From the NCBI GenBank assembly GCA_951406725.2, contig OX597822.1, forward strand, positions 52,514,001 to 52,578,000: DNA of 64,000 bases, written 5' to 3'. Shown one piece after another: positions 38,971-53,496 of the stretch; position 1 is the first letter of the stretch, and each line of letters begins with the position of its first letter. The notes beneath the pieces were generated by a model, which searched no databases, was not told the DNA's origin, and worked only from the letters and a program-made list of their open reading frames with translations. The translations under genes and the position numbers were made by a program. Source of the stretch: Octopus vulgaris. Its lineage: Eukaryota.

Positions 38971-41713
38971 TTTGACAATTGCATATTACAATGAGTCTAG
39001 AACATTTACCCCACCCCATGGACTATAACTTGCCAAGGACAACTACCCCTGAGGACAACAGATGATGATTTAAAACTTCTTAATATATTAGAGAGGGGGT
39101 AATTATCCTATGGGGTAGTTGGCAGGGAATTTGTCCTAGCAGGGTAATTGTCCTGATACGATTACAATAAGTTCTCTCACACATGCACACACACACCACA
39201 ACATCACATACATCTATTACATAATAATAATAAATGCGCCCTTTTAAAGCCTAGCCAGGCTCATGGGCCCGCTTTCCCGGTTTCAATGGCGTATATGTTC
39301 CGCAGCGTTACTCATTTTTGCCAGCTGAGTGGACTGGAGCAACATGAAATGAAGTGTTTTGCTCAAGAACACAACGTGTCACCCGGTCCAGGAATCGAAA
39401 CCACAATCTTACAATCATGATGCTGACACCCTAACCACTATGACACATGCCTCCACACATCTATTACATACAAACATGTATTTGTAGTGTTTACTAGCTT
39501 GCAGCTAATGCAACAACACAACTCCCTCTCTCTCCCCTCTCTTCCCCCCTCTCTCTCCCTCTCTTTTCCCAACTCTATGGCAAAAGACAAGAGATCAAAA
39601 TATTAGAATCTACACCCCTCCTTGCAGCAACTGTATTTATCAAGATTAATAGCCTTGTACATAGACAGCAGCTAACAGTTGGAGTAATATTTTATTTGAC
39701 TATCAACAATTGTTTGGTATAAAATGTTCGAAGGAGCTGAAAAAGTGATAATAAAAACAGTAGTGTTCCTAGTGTAAACTGTTTTATAGAATTTTATTTA
39801 TTGTTATGAAAATACACCATGAAGAAATAACACGAAATGTACAATTAGATAGAAGTGAAAAATATATGGAACATTTTAATTAAGAGAAAAATTATAAGGT
39901 TATCATCATCATCGTTTTACGTCCGTTTTCCATGCCAGCATGGGTTGGACGGTTCGACCGGGGTCTGGGAAGGTGGGTTAGGCTCCGGTCTGATCTGGCA
40001 GTGTTTCTACAGCTGGATGCCCTTCCTAATGCCAGCCACTCCATGAGTGTAGTGGGTGCTTTTTACTTGCCACCAGCACAGGTGCCAGAGGAGGCTGGCA
40101 AATGGCCACGATCAGTTGGTGCTTTTTATGTGTCACTGACACGGTCACCAGTCAGGCGTATATCATCATCATCATCATCATCGTTTAGCATGCTAGCATG
40201 GGTTGGATGGTTCAACTGGGGTCTGTGAAGCCGGAAGGCTTCATCAGGCCTAGTCAGATCTGGCAGTGTTTCTACGGCTGGATGCCCTTCCTAACGCCAA
40301 CCACTCCGTGAGTGTAGTGGGTGCTTTTTACGTGCCACCCGCACAGGTGCCAGACAGAACTGGCAAACGGCCACGAACGGATGGTGCTTTTTATGTACCA
40401 CCGGCATGGGGGCCAGGCAAGGCTGGCAATGGACACGAACGGATGGTGCTTTGCCGCGCTGGCAACGGTCATGAACGGATGGTTCTCTTACATGCCACCA
40501 GCACTGGTAACACATCTGCAATTTCCATTGATCGATTTATTTTTTTTTTTATTTATATGTATGTATGTATGTATGTATGCATGTATGCATGCATGCATAA
40601 TATTTCATTGGGTGCTGAAAAATTCCTGGCTTTGGGTAAAAGGAAATACAGGGGGATCAGTTAGTTATGATTATTCTGAACAAATTCCCTTCTCAGATTC
40701 TCACACTTATTGCAGTTGTCCTTCAGTTTTTCTAAGCCCTGTAAAAATTAAGTTAATTAGAGGCTATTGTTGTTTGTTCCTTCTTGATCCACACCTGGCT
40801 GGTTTCCCGATTTCCTTGGCATATAGATTCCCCACCTGGACAGGACGCCAGTCCGTCACAGGTGAGCTGCAAGATGCAGGAGGAAAGAGTGAGAGAAAGT
40901 TGTGGCGAAAGAGTCAGCAGAAGTTCACCATTACGTTCTGCTGGAGCCTCGTGGAACTTAGGTGTTTCGCTCATAAACATACAGATTGCCCGGTCTGAGA
41001 TTCGAACCTGTGATCCCTCGATCGCGAGTCCACTACTCTAACCACAAGGCCATGTGCCTCCACAATTAGAGAATATATTAACCTCTGAAAGGGAGGATTA
41101 CATCCAAGAAAACACTGGTTCTATACCTAATATTTTGGGGAAATAGAATTTCCCTAAATCAATAGGTATATATTATGCGTATAATCTGTATTCAATTAAT
41201 AGAAGAAAAGAAAATGGTGAGTTGAAAGTTAATAATTATTTATTAATAAATTGATACTCCATATAGCTGTATCAATTGTGCTCATTAAATAAATTACAAA
41301 TTTATGCTTTAAATTTGCATTTATAAGATATGAACAAAATATCATCATGGAAAAAAGCATACAATGAAAGATCACATGTTGACATCTTAGTTCATACCGG
41401 CAGATTAAATATATGGGAGTTATTTTATTTTTGTTTTTGTGTGCGTGAGGATTAACGGATTAATCTGAATACAATACAGAATAAAAATAACTAATAAGCT
41501 AGAATAAAATAAAATAATATAAGAAGCAAAATACAATAAAAATAAAAGGTATAAAATATAAAATGAGGTAAAATAAATAAAAACAGAATAGGATAGAATA
41601 GAATATACATATATAGATAAATATGTACATGCAGATATACATATATAAAACATATGTGAAAAAATACATATGATGATATATATCTATACACGTATACATA
41701 CGTACACACTTAT

Positions 41714-41747
<34 letters not shown>

Positions 41748-41919
41748 AAAAAAGTTAACATATAGACTCTGTATATAAATTAGTACCCATTGGTTGGAGA
41801 AATTTAAATTAGTTTACATACAGTTAAGCATTTTAGAAAATATCTAATCATAATGGTTTCTCAATATATGCATGTGTGGAATTATATGGCAATAAAAGAC
41901 TCAAAGTAATACTCACAAG

Positions 41920-41977
<58 letters not shown>

Positions 41978-43272
41978 GAAAAAAACAACCTTTTATCAAT
42001 TCAAAATGAATAATTAAATTACACCATCTAGAAAATTACATATAATAGAAAAGTTAAAATTAAAATAACAATAAAAAGTAAATTACAAAAATAATATAAT
42101 ATATATAATAGGTAGAAAAACTTCGTGCAATGGCCATACTCGATAACGAGGGGGCAGCTATAATGTATGTACATACATACATACATACATACATGCATGC
42201 ATGGATATGTTAGTAGAAAGCTCAGAGATGATAGTAACATTGATCATCAAAGCTGTCTATCATAGACCAACAACCATATTACTACCTCCTACTTTGAAGG
42301 GTGTACATTTGCAATCCAGTAAATATCAGTAAATGTTGGTAGTAAGTAGTCTGTCGTAGTAGTTCAGAGTGATTGAAAGGCTGTCGTCTCAGCGGCTGCG
42401 ATGATATCTGCTGCGAGTGTGTGTCTGTATGTTACGCACGCGGATGAAGCAGCAGTCAACGCCAAATGAGTTCCTGAAACGGGGCCGTGGCAGCATGGTC
42501 GTCACTGCCGCTCGGCCAAATGCATTCTCCGTGGCTGTGCCGTGCACCGCCTGCACTTCGCCAATAGCTCCGTGCTCTCGTGCTCATGATCGTTGGTAAT
42601 GCATGAAAACTCACGGTTCTATCAACCAAATTTTACAAGTAATTGTTCAGTCTGTGGCTGTAGTAAATGTTTCTAGCAGACAATGTCCACACAGTGCAAA
42701 CGCACCTTAAATCATGTTTCCAAAGTGACTTTCTTAATCACATGACCACTCACCTTCTTGTACCTCGAGAGTATGCTCTGACATCTCATCACATCTTTAT
42801 CTTCTTTCCGGCCACTCCTACTCTTATATAACGTTGGATAGACATGTATCTCCCCCTACAAAACACCTGTACCCATCCCTCCATCATGTGTTAGCCTCTC
42901 AGCATTTGGCATACAGCTTTTTCCCTCTCTACTGTAACACCACTTAGTTGGGGGTCTTTTCTTTGTTTTGCAAGATACTTGGCAACCTCACTAGTGCTGG
43001 TGCAATGAAAAAAAGCACCCTGTAACTCTGTAATGTGGCACCTAGGAAGAGCACCTAGTTGTAGAAATCATGCCAAAACAGAAATTAGAACTCAACATAG
43101 TCCTCCAGCTCATTGGATACTATTGGCAAGGCCAACCCATGCCAGCTTGAAAGATGGACGTTAAATGATGATGAGGATGATGCTCCCTGTGTGTATGTGC
43201 ATGTGTGTATGTGTGTGTGTGTGTGTTATGGTTGACCAATGATGCCTGATTTACTGCTTTGATTTGTTGCAG

Positions 43273-43428
43273 GCTACCATTGAGAAGAAGGTCATATTTT
43301 ATGATTCTAAGAAGAAACAATTGGAATATAAGAAGAATTGCTGGTTAGATGCTGCTTTGAATTTAAGGACAAGACTCCTAACGGGTTACTATATGTATGT
43401 GGAACAGCTTGCCAGACTTCTTCAAATG
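43273..43428 (+). CDS. LRRC9: LRRC9 exon 7 (ATIEKKVIFY...LARLLQM)
   Basis: ttgcag / gtaagc; 52 codons; KKxxFY motif. Confidence 0.85.
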
Positions 43429-43454
43429 GTAAGCTGATGTCTGTTTTGGCTTCA

Positions 43455-43685
43455 GTCATCATTTCCTCTCTTCCTCTAATCATCACCAACGTCATCATCC
43501 TTATCATTAGCATCATCGTCAACTTTCTTATCAACAACATCACCACCACCACCATCATCATCATCACCATCTTTATCATCACCACCACCATCACTTCTTT
43601 CAACACATGAACTTTTGCCATCTGTTTCAACAGTAACATTGTCGTCATCATTGTCATTACCACCTCCACCATGACCACCATCACG

Positions 43686-43716
<31 letters not shown>

Positions 43717-43800
43717 TCATCACCACTGTCTTCACCATCGCCATCATTATCATCATCGTCATCATCATTACCATCACCCTCTTCGTCATCATTGTTTACC
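43455..43800. repeat. (CAT/CAC)n low-complexity tract
   Basis: Imperfect trinucleotide repeat. Confidence 0.9.
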
Positions 43801-44411
43801 TCTTCTGACGGATTACAACAAACTCTTCTTACCATCACATTTGAAAATTTTCTTCTCAATGTTAGTATGTAGTCCTTGGTACACTTTGCCTTCCTGGTCA
43901 CAATCTAAACAATAATAACAAGCAAACAAACAAAGATGTCTCAGTGCATTTGCTTGATTTGGTATAAATAGCAGTCAAATTTCTCTTAAAGCATTCTTTA
44001 ATGCCTTAAAAAAAAAAGAGGGCATATTCAATATCGTGGCCCTGGATTCTCTTTGCTGAAAAATAAAGATGGAACTCATGACTGGAATGCTTTTATTCAT
44101 GAATCAATCTGCACGACTGGAGTTGTTCTGGTGTTAAACATCTACATCTACATGACCATCACTAATGTAGGAGCCTCTATGGAGTCTTTAAACCTGCTAA
44201 ATATAACAGCAAAATCTTCAAATCACATTGTACTTTATTTAAAAGAAGAAAAGGGAACACATTGAATAATGTAGTTGTTGACATAGACTCTGAATAAAAG
44301 GAATGATGGTAACATTCAGTATGTTTTTGCTCATAGACCTGCACAACAAGGATTGGCCCGGGGCTAAACTAGAGCATCATCATCGTTGTTGTTGTCATCA
44401 TTGTCATTTTG

Positions 44412-44627
44412 CGAGGGGTTGCTGGAAAGTTTTTGGCTTTAGGTGAAAGAAAATACATGAGCATCAGTTAATTATGATTTTATTCAACATATTCCCCCTC
44501 TCGGGTTGACACTGTTATTGCAGTGATCCTTCAGTTTTCCTAAGGCCTCTAAAAGAACTCAAAAGGTTGGGCCTCCAACCAGTCCTTTTGCGACACCCTT
44601 AATGCCAGGAACTTTTCAGCACCCCTT
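44412..44627. mobile_element. Tc1/mariner-like MITE
   Basis: Imperfect TIR AGGGGTTGCTGGAAAGTTTTTGGC / GCCAGGAACTTTTCAGCACCCCT; partial copy at 40606-40745. Confidence 0.55.
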
Positions 44628-45496
44628 TCTATAAGCCTATATAGAGGGAGCCTGTATGCAACTGCTCAACCAACAAGAAATAGCAGCCAAATGTTCCTTA
44701 ATTCACATCCTAGCTTCTTAAATAGACATTAAAAAATACATATTAGCTAATATAATTCCAGGGCAACATCATCACAACATCCCAACAACAACAACATAAT
44801 CATCATCATTTAACGTCCATTTTCCATGCTGGCATGGGTTAGACAGTTTGACTGGAGATGGTAAGCTAGAGAGCTGCACCAAGCTCAGTCAGTTTTGGCT
44901 TGATTTCTATGGCTAGATGCCTTTCCTAATGCCGACCACTCCACAGAGGGAATTGGCTGTTTTTTATGTGTCACTGGCATGGGTGCCTTCTATGTGTCTC
45001 TAGCATGGGTGCCTTTTATGTGTCACCTGCATGAGCACCTTTTACATGTCCCCAACACTGTCCATGACCACAGTTTCGCATGGCTTAACATGTCTTCTCA
45101 AGCACAGTAGTTTACCAAAATTTTCAATAACTTGTCACCATCTCCATGAAACTCAACATCCAAAGATCAAATTACACCATCTCATCCCATGTTTTTTAGG
45201 GTCTACCTCTTCCACAGGTTCCTTCTCTTATTCACGTAGAACAGTATTCATTTCATCTTCTTCACTCACTTATTCCTGGGAGGGTCGTGGGGCCAGAGTC
45301 CTCAAGCATACCTTCCAACAGGTCTTGTAGTCCAGTATTATATGTCATAACAATTTACTTTATAAATGCATATTTTATGTTGAATTCTGTGTTACTGAAA
45401 TATATTTGTTTATTTTCACACATGGTATCGACTCCTCCATACACCATTGGACTGTTGTTGCTGCTGTTGTTGTTGTTGTTGCTGAATCTCATGCAG

Positions 45497-45588
45497 ATAG
45501 AGAACATCCCTCTGCCAGAAACAGAGAAACATACCAGGCAGAAAACCATTCACGTAACGCTGGAGAAATGCGAAGCAAAATACCAGAG
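45497..45588 (+). CDS. LRRC9: LRRC9 exon 8 (IENIPLPE...EAKYQR)
   Basis: atgcag / gtatga; bridges phase 0 to phase 2; poorly conserved linker. Confidence 0.7.
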
Positions 45589-46178
45589 GTATGAGTGTTA
45601 TTTGTGTATATAGTGTACATGAGAAAGAACAGCAGTGTGTGTGTATGTGAGTGCATATACATACATTGTTTGTAGGTGCACAAGCATAGCCAAATGGTTA
45701 AGAGGTTTATTTCTCAATGATAACATCTTGATTTTTAATCCTCCTGCATTGTACCTTGAGCATGTTACCTTCTATCATAGCTTATTTTGGACTCATGACC
45801 GAGTACGGCTTGATGACTTGTACTGTCGTAGATGCTTATGTAGTTCAAAGCAGATGAACAATATCTTGCCTCCCACCTATTCTTCACTCATCCAAGATGT
45901 GACATGCGAAAGCAAGAGAATGTTGCACCAACATTCGGCTGGTACTCGTTACAGCTGAAGAGACTAGGGTAATGTAAAATGTGTCTTGCTCAAAAAGACG
46001 TGCTAACCAGTCCAGGAATTGAACCCATAACCATATGATCATAAATCAAACACCCCTAACTACTTGGCTATTGTACCTTCACATATACATTGACAACTCC
46101 TTTATGAATTATTTCAACACACCCATTTTTCTTTGAGCCATGTTACATCACTATTTTCACATCCGTCTTCTGTTACAG

Positions 46179-46310
46179 GGTAATACTCAAATTCAAAGAA
46201 GCATTGTTTTTTATGGAGAAATCATACAATTTTGGTCTGTACATGGTTGATACCGAACTGATCACATGTGGTAATGTGAAATTTGAAGAACCTTCATTAA
46301 TTGATTCTTG
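46179..46310 (+). CDS. LRRC9: LRRC9 exon 9 (VILKFKEA...TELITCGNVKFEEPSLIDSW)
   Basis: ttacag / gtaagt; ELxTxGNxxFEE motif. Confidence 0.9.
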
Positions 46311-46484
46311 GTAAGTCTTTGGTGAAACTAGAGTAATGGGTTATTACTGCTACAGATTTTATATGAGATAATATTTCATTATACAAGCTATGAGAGGCTA
46401 AATTTGATGCTGAGATCTGGACCTCTCTATATTTAAATCTGTCAGTTATATGTGTATATGCATTTTATAAACATATATTTTGTG

Positions 46485-47130
46485 CATGGACGAGGACAGC
46501 TGTGTAAAGAAGTGCCGATCTTTAACTGTGGAGAGGTCCCAGAGGTATACCCAAGAAGACATGGGATGAGGCAGTGAAGCATGACCTTCAAACTTTGAAC
46601 CTCACAGAGGCAATGACTGGTCACCTAGAGCTTTGGCGATGTGCTCTGCTTAAGAGGAACTGTCAAACCAAGTTCACCTGTGCTGGTGGCATGTAAAAAA
46701 AAAACCTTTGAACATTGGAGGTAAAGCAGCTAAGTACCTTTTTAGCATTGGGCCTGACAGAGGCAAAATGGCTGAGTTCCTTTCAAATGCTGGGCCTCAT
46801 GGAGGCAAAGTGGCTGAGCTCCTTTCGAGTGTTGGGCCTCACAGAGGCAATGACCAAGACCTTTGGCACTATGTTGTGCTTGAGAAGAAGACTCATCAAG
46901 CCAAGCAAAATCACAGTCATGGCGGATACTGGTGTCACACAAATGGCACCCATGCCAGTGGCACGTAAAAGCATCCGTTACATTCTCAGAGTGGTTGGTG
47001 TTAGGAAGGGCATCCAACCATAGAAGACCATGCCAAATCAGTCACGAATCTGGCACAGCCTTCCAGCGTGCCAGCCCAGTCAAACCATCCAACTTATGCC
47101 AACATAGACAACAGACGTTAAATGATGATG
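46485..47130 (+). mobile_element. RTE 3' fragment with internal ~39-bp tandem repeat
   Basis: MDEDSCVKKC...PKKTWDE motif followed by the family A tail. Confidence 0.75.
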
Positions 47131-47580
47131 ATATGTATGTCAACCACATTTACTCACAAGGCTTTGACGAGCCCAGGGTTATAGTAGAATACTTGACCAA
47201 GGTGCCATGTGGTGAGGCTGAACCCCAAAATTTAAAACCATATGGTTGAGTAGCATGCTTTATAATCACAGATATGCCTTTTACGTGCCACTGGCACAGA
47301 AACCAGTGTATCTTATGTTTGTATCTGTCCTCCACCTCACTTGACAACTGGTATTGATTTGTTTACATCCCCATAACTTAGTGGTTTGGCAAAAAGTGAC
47401 TGATAGAATAAGTCCCAGGCTTCAAAATATAACTACTGGAGTTGATCTGTTTGGCTACACCCTTGAAAGTAGTGACCCTTGAAGAAAATTGTTCAATGTT
47501 ATATAAAAGAATCAAAGAAATTATTTTATAAAAAACTCAAAAAAAAAATGTTAAAAACTATGGTATTTCTTTTGTTGCAG

Positions 47581-47766
47581 GTATGACTGCTGTTGTGATA
47601 TGATCCTGGATAACTTCTGTAAATGGGATTTCCAACAACTTGATATCAGTGGGATAGATGTACTCAGTGTGTTTAAAGTGATCAACCGAGCTGTCAGTTT
47701 ACGATTCGATAACTACCTCATGTCTTTGATATCTCTGCCTGATGAAGGATATAACTTGACTGATCA
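47581..47766 (+). CDS. LRRC9: LRRC9 exon 10 (YDCCCDMILDNFCKWDF...)
   Basis: ttgcag / gtaggt; FCxWDF and KVINR motifs; start of the ART-like domain. Confidence 0.9.
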
Positions 47767-48649
47767 GTAGGTCATTGTTATTGTTGCTGTTGTTATTGTC
47801 GTTGTTGTTGTTATTTTATCTTGTTTATTTTCAAGACTGTTCTTCCTTTATCATTATCATCATCATCATCATTTAACGTCCATTTTCCATGCTGGCATAG
47901 GTTGAATAAGTTTGACAGGAACTAGCAAGGCCAGGGGCTGCGCCAGATACCATTGTATTTTTTGCATGGTCTCTATGGTTGGATGCCCTTCCTAATGCCA
48001 ACCACACCACAGAGTGTACTTGTTGTTTTTTTTACATGGCACCAGCACCAGTGCTTTTTACATGGCACTAGCACCCACCTTCTGTCTTCTCAAGTACAAT
48101 GCACCACATATCTCGGTCTTCTCTCATCTCCTTCATAACGCTCAGCGTTTTGAAGTCATCCTAAAATACTTCATCCCATGTCTTGTTGCATATTTTTTTT
48201 TGTTGATTCTTGTTGATCCAGGTTGAATCTGATAGAGTATTGCAGCAAGCACTGACCATCTTTTATGGTTATATAGGTGTACATTATATTCTAATGTAGT
48301 AGTCCTTAACTTTAGATCAACAAACAAATCAATTGGACCACATCTGTAGCTTATTATTTAACACAAAGCATGACCATAACATTTCTGTGACATAACAATT
48401 CTTATGGCCATTTCTGCTTCCGATGTCAGTCAGTGCCTATGACAGAATTGCAAAAATGATATTCTCTATCTACATAGGATATACGAACTAGAACATGGAA
48501 CTTCATCAGAGTAAATACAAAAGCATCCAAAAAATAAACAAAAGGAAGAGGGAATAGGAAAGAAAACATGGCATAGAAAAGAAGCCTGGAGGCCTAATGC
48601 ATTAAAATCATACAATCTTCCATCAGAGGGCTTTGAAGTCAGTAAGCAA

Positions 48650-48700
<51 letters not shown>

Positions 48701-49282
48701 CAAGTCAACAATTTGTTGGCCTTTTACAGTTTTTATAATTATTTATATAATATTGTGTTATGTTATATATTATATTCATAGTATTTAATATAATATTGTA
48801 ATATAAATAAATTATTGGGTTTTCAATAGAATATCTCTATATTTAATTTATCTTTATATTTATATATATATATATATATAGTGCAGCATGAAACCGATTG
48901 GTAAGATCAGCTGTAATGTATATATAATACTGTACACTTTGAATAATATATATATAATATATACACACACACATATATATAGGTATGTATGTATGCACGC
49001 ATGCACACACACACACTCGCTCTCTCTCTCACAAACACACACACACACACACACACAGCCATTTGCTTGCTGAATAATATCCTCATTTATTCTGTGATAA
49101 ACATTTTCATATGTGTCCACTTTTTCATACTCGATGCAAGGGAAGAAATCTGCTACATCTTTTTACTGAGATAAAACAACATTTATAGTTCTGCTATTAT
49201 TTTAAAAATATCTATGTATTCTTGTAACTGCCATTGCTTATTACTAACAATAAAAACACCTTAAACATTTGGACATAAACAG

Positions 49283-49400
49283 ACTACATGAGTTTAGAAA
49301 GAAGCAAGATTACCTGTTTTGGATGCCGAGTGAAAATTCCGATAGTTATTTATTGGAGAAAATACTGCAGGATGGCTTTTCATTTTCCAGATATGCTCAG
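49283..49400 (+). CDS. LRRC9: LRRC9 exon 11 (LHEFRKKQDYLFW...KILQDGF...YAQ)
   Basis: aaacag / gtaggt; YLF and ILxxGF motifs; phases consistent. Confidence 0.85.
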
Positions 49401-49417
49401 GTAGGTGAGAATAATTA

Positions 49418-49906
49418 CCATAAATCCTCATGTATAATCCACATTTTTTCTCCAAAATTTAAAGGTCAAAATCCCTAGTGCGTATTATACACAAGGTTAA
49501 AAATGAAAATTATTTTCTAAGCAATGTCTGAGTCTCTATTTGCTGTCCGGCAATGTTTATTCAGATGCATTTTGTGATGTTGGGCACAAAAATACCTTAA
49601 GCTAAGCCTGAAAGCAGTGAAGTCATAAAAGAATCATCCATAACTTGCAATAAGCAACATTTATTAAACCTTATTACTATTATTTCTTTATTTTCTGCAA
49701 ACAAAATGCACAAAAAAGCTACACGTTTGCATTATCTTATATATACAATAATAAAGGACGTTACCGTATACATTTTTACAAACCAAGGACTCAAGTTAGA
49801 GAAGGGGTGCGTATTATACACAAGGTTTAGGTTTTTCAGAAGTACAGCCCCCTAAAAATCCTCTGCGTATTATACTCAAGGGCGGACTATACTCGAGGAT
49901 TTACGG
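49418..49906. mobile_element. pogo/Tc2-like MITE, TA TSD
   Basis: TA|CCATAAATCCTCATGTATA ... TATACTCGAGGATTTACGG|TA. Confidence 0.78.
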
Positions 49907-50999
49907 TATGTATCCTTATTTTGGCCATTGGAGGGAACTAACCTAGATATTAATCTATAAATATCATGCTGTGACAACTCCTTTTCTTTCAACTAAAGAA
50001 TGTGTTCTTCCTTTTTTTCCCAATTTTTAGCATTTTTTAATTCTTTTTTTTTTCTACAGTTTGGTCAGGAGAAATTAGTTGCCTCTATAACCTCAAGGAG
50101 ATTGGTGAGATGGATACCTCTGATGCTCAGTTTGAACATCTCTGATAACTCCTCTACAAGAAAAATGTAGATGAGAAGCATATTTCAAAGGGACTAATTT
50201 GTGCAGAGTCTGGGCAGTGGGAACAAATACAGTTTAGAAGATGAAAGGAGGAAAGATGGGTGTATGAAGTACTTCATCGTTCATGCCCTGTAACATTACA
50301 CGTCCAGTGGTTGGCATTAGAAGGCATCCAGCTGTAGAAACACTGTCAGATCAGACTGGAGATGATGATGATGGTGGTGGCGGCGGTGGCATTAGGTTCC
50401 ACTGTATTTTGGAATGATTTCTGCAGCTGGATGCCCTTATTAATGCCCTACTAAACTACTTTACAGCTGGATTCCTTTACTAAACCACTTTACAGAGTGT
50501 ACTGGGTACTTTTCTTGTGACACCAGCACTAGTGGGGTTGCCAAGTAAATTGCAAGACAAAGAAAAAGAACCCTCAACTGATTGAGGTTGCAGTAGAGTG
50601 GGAGGTGGCTTTATGCCAGATGTAGAGGGACAGGCACAGGTGTCTTGGAATAGAGGAGATTGGTAGTTAGCCTACATTGCACAACTCTAGGAGGAGCTGG
50701 AAAGAAGATAAAATTGTTGGTGATGGATGTCAGAGTAAACTGTCTAGATAGGAAATCATAATTTATAGGGGGCTTATGTGTTTCTGAATGCTTACTATCA
50801 ATGAGTGAGAAATGAAATAGTTACACCCAGAAATCAAAACAAGGACTTAAGTCTGCTCTATGATACTCGTATATTATTGTAATGACTGGTCTTATTTCGT
50901 TTCATGACACTTCTGATCAAACAGACTAATTACAAATATTTCAATAGTTATTATGCTGTTTTGTTTTGTTTTGCTTTGCTTTTTTTTTTTTAACTAAAG

Positions 51000-51340
51000 G
51001 TATGCATGGGTCAGTGGTTAGAGCATCAGGCTCACAGTCATGAGGTAGTGAGTTTGATTCCTGGATCAAGTTGTGTGTTGTGTTCTTGAGCAAGACACTT
51101 CATTTCACGTTGCTCCAGTTCACTCAGCTGTAGAAATGAGCTGCTACGTCACTGGTGCCAAGCTGTATCAGCATTTGCCTTTCCTTTGGATAACATTGGT
51201 GGTGTGGAGAGAGGAGACTGGTATGCATGGGTGACTGCTGGTCTTCCATAAACAACCTTGCCAGGACCTGTGCCCCAGAGGGGAACTTTCTAGGTGCAAT
51301 CCTGCAGTTATTCATGATCAAAGGGGGTCTTTACCCTTTT
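51000..51340 (+). mobile_element. tRNA-derived SINE family D
   Basis: A/B boxes plus CTTGAGCAAGACACTT..TTTCACGTTGCTCCAGT core; other copies near 10785, 15500, 16350, 17200 and 39240. Confidence 0.75.
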
Positions 51341-51641
51341 AACTAAAGATATGTAGGACTACCTTATCTAATGTGTCCTTTCCTAATTCAAGATAGTAGG
51401 ATATGAATTGAGGGAGATTTGGTTACAATTTCTAGAACAAGTGATTACATAGAAGCTCTCTTTTGAAAGAGGGCTTCCCCTCAGTGAACATGTAATTCCA
51501 CTTAATTTTTACATTATTAATCTCTTCATTGTATGCTGGCACAGAAACTCTAGTGTATATAATAAAAATTTCCTATGATTATGTAATAATTTCTTATAAT
51601 AACACAGATGTAATGCCAATTTTAATTTCATATCTTTCCAG

Positions 51642-51765
51642 GCACAAAATGAAGACAATGCTATTAAACTGTACAACTGCCTTTATTTTGCTGATCTCCA
51701 AAGACTAAAAAATCTGGGTATGCGAAACCATACTGAATCTGAAGATTCTTTCCAAATCAAATATG
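51642..51765 (+). CDS. LRRC9: LRRC9 exon 12 (AQNEDNAIKLYNCL...IKYG)
   Basis: ttccag / gtaaaa; phase 0 to phase 1. Confidence 0.85.
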
Positions 51766-52995
51766 GTAAAAACAAAATTATATTTCCATTGCTGTAGCTA
51801 TTCCATTAGAGATTTGATAAGAACATATATTGAGGTTATAACACAATTACATAAAGGTTGAGTCACATTATGGAGATGTACTTGCATAGCAAGTGACTTG
51901 ATCTGAGATCGTGTACTGAATCAAAAACAATTGCACCATAGAAGATGTTTGTAAGCCATTCAAGAACACACAAAAACCATTAGTTTCACTTTTCACTGAC
52001 AAAACTTCATGCTAGTACAAGTACTAAGGTCACAGTTTCAAAGCGATGAAAATATTTTGGCACAAATGAATTTTAAATATTGCAGTGAAACTAACAGTTT
52101 TCATATGTTTGTGAGTCACATTTGTTATATGTCAACTATACTATATTAGTTAAAAAATCATGTGCTGTTACATTCATTTTTATTGTGTTGTTGTTTTACA
52201 ACAGAGTAGAATTGGCAGAGCATCAGATAATGAAATACTTTGGAGGTATTTGTTACATGCTATAGTTTTTCTAGATTCATATCACATCAGGATTAACTTT
52301 GCCTTCTATCTTTGTGGAATAGATAAAGTACCACTTGATCTATGCTGCAGTTCCCTACCTTAAGACTGAAGAGTCCTAAGAGTTCACTGAGGTAGTATTA
52401 AGGGTCTACTAGAGTATTAATGGGGGTCCATCGCTTGTTTTCAGAATTATAAAAGTTGCAGTACAGATGATGTAAATATTTAAAAAAGAAACTTTAAGTA
52501 AAGCAAGTGAAAAGTTTGGCAAAATATGTGAGGTGATGTCAATAAATAGAAACAAAGGAAAGATATATTATTTTACATATGTTGTTAAATTCTCCAATTA
52601 TATTTTGGGAAAAATTCCCCAAATCAAATATAAGAACTACAAATTAAATATAAGAAAGAAAATAATCTAAGAGTTGAGGCAAAAAGTGTTAAAACTGGCA
52701 AGTAATTCTGGAGAGTTGTGAGAGAAAGCATTGATGTATTTATAGTTTTTATAATTGTGGTTGGTAAAGATAGATTGCATCGGTAGCAGCAAGTAATGAG
52801 GTGCACCTTTGAATAACAGTAGTAAGTATCCAGGTAAGTAGAGGTTTTGTGAATGTGTAAGGAAGGTCACTGAACAGCAGCTGAACTATAAGATAGTATT
52901 AATAGCAGTAGATAATTGGATTATTTTTCCGTCTTAATTTTGATAGAAGGAATATTTTCTGATATATAACAGAAGCATTAAACGATCTATGTAGG

Positions 52996-53496
52996 ACTAG
53001 TGCTATGATCTGGCACTGCCAGGTCTAGTGCTAGTGCTTGTTGTTCGTTGCCGGGTCGCAGTAAAAATTTCTCACTAAATCAAGAGCTAAGTTTCTTATC
53101 ACATTTCAGCCCAGGCCAGTTTTGTTGTTTATGAGCTAGTTGAAGCTTTTTATGAGAGTAATTAATATTCATTGGACTTTGGTTTTCACATTTGGACTGG
53201 CATAATCATGGAAAATTAGTGGGACTATGCACATGCCATTAGTCGGACAAAAAAGGAGGCAGAAAAAAGCGAAAAACTCGAATTTGGCCACAAAATAACA
53301 TATGGGCATAAGGGGTCAGTTTATTGATTTTTCTAATGGCTTTCTGGGGTGTCTGGGGAAATGAAAAGGTATCCATGGTCACACTCAGACAGTTTTGAAA
53401 GCCCATAGAAAATGCGAGCATTTTACATGAAAAACTGTGGATTTGTATAAAGGACACACAGATATACAGGCATTTTGCCGTTTATAGATATAGAGA
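52996..53496 (-). mobile_element. Non-autonomous Helitron (family H2-related)
   Basis: Same 5' end as H2; CTAG and hairpin at the other end. Confidence 0.55.

Noticed and set aside
40266-40998. 225-aa and 132-aa ORFs
   Set aside because: They run through the antisense RTE 3'UTR, a microsatellite, a MITE and a SINE; the same pseudo-peptides (FLQLDALPNANH) recur in every copy
43307-43901. Long Met/Val-rich and Asp/Gly-rich ORFs
   Set aside because: Translations of a (CAT/CAC)n microsatellite in an intron
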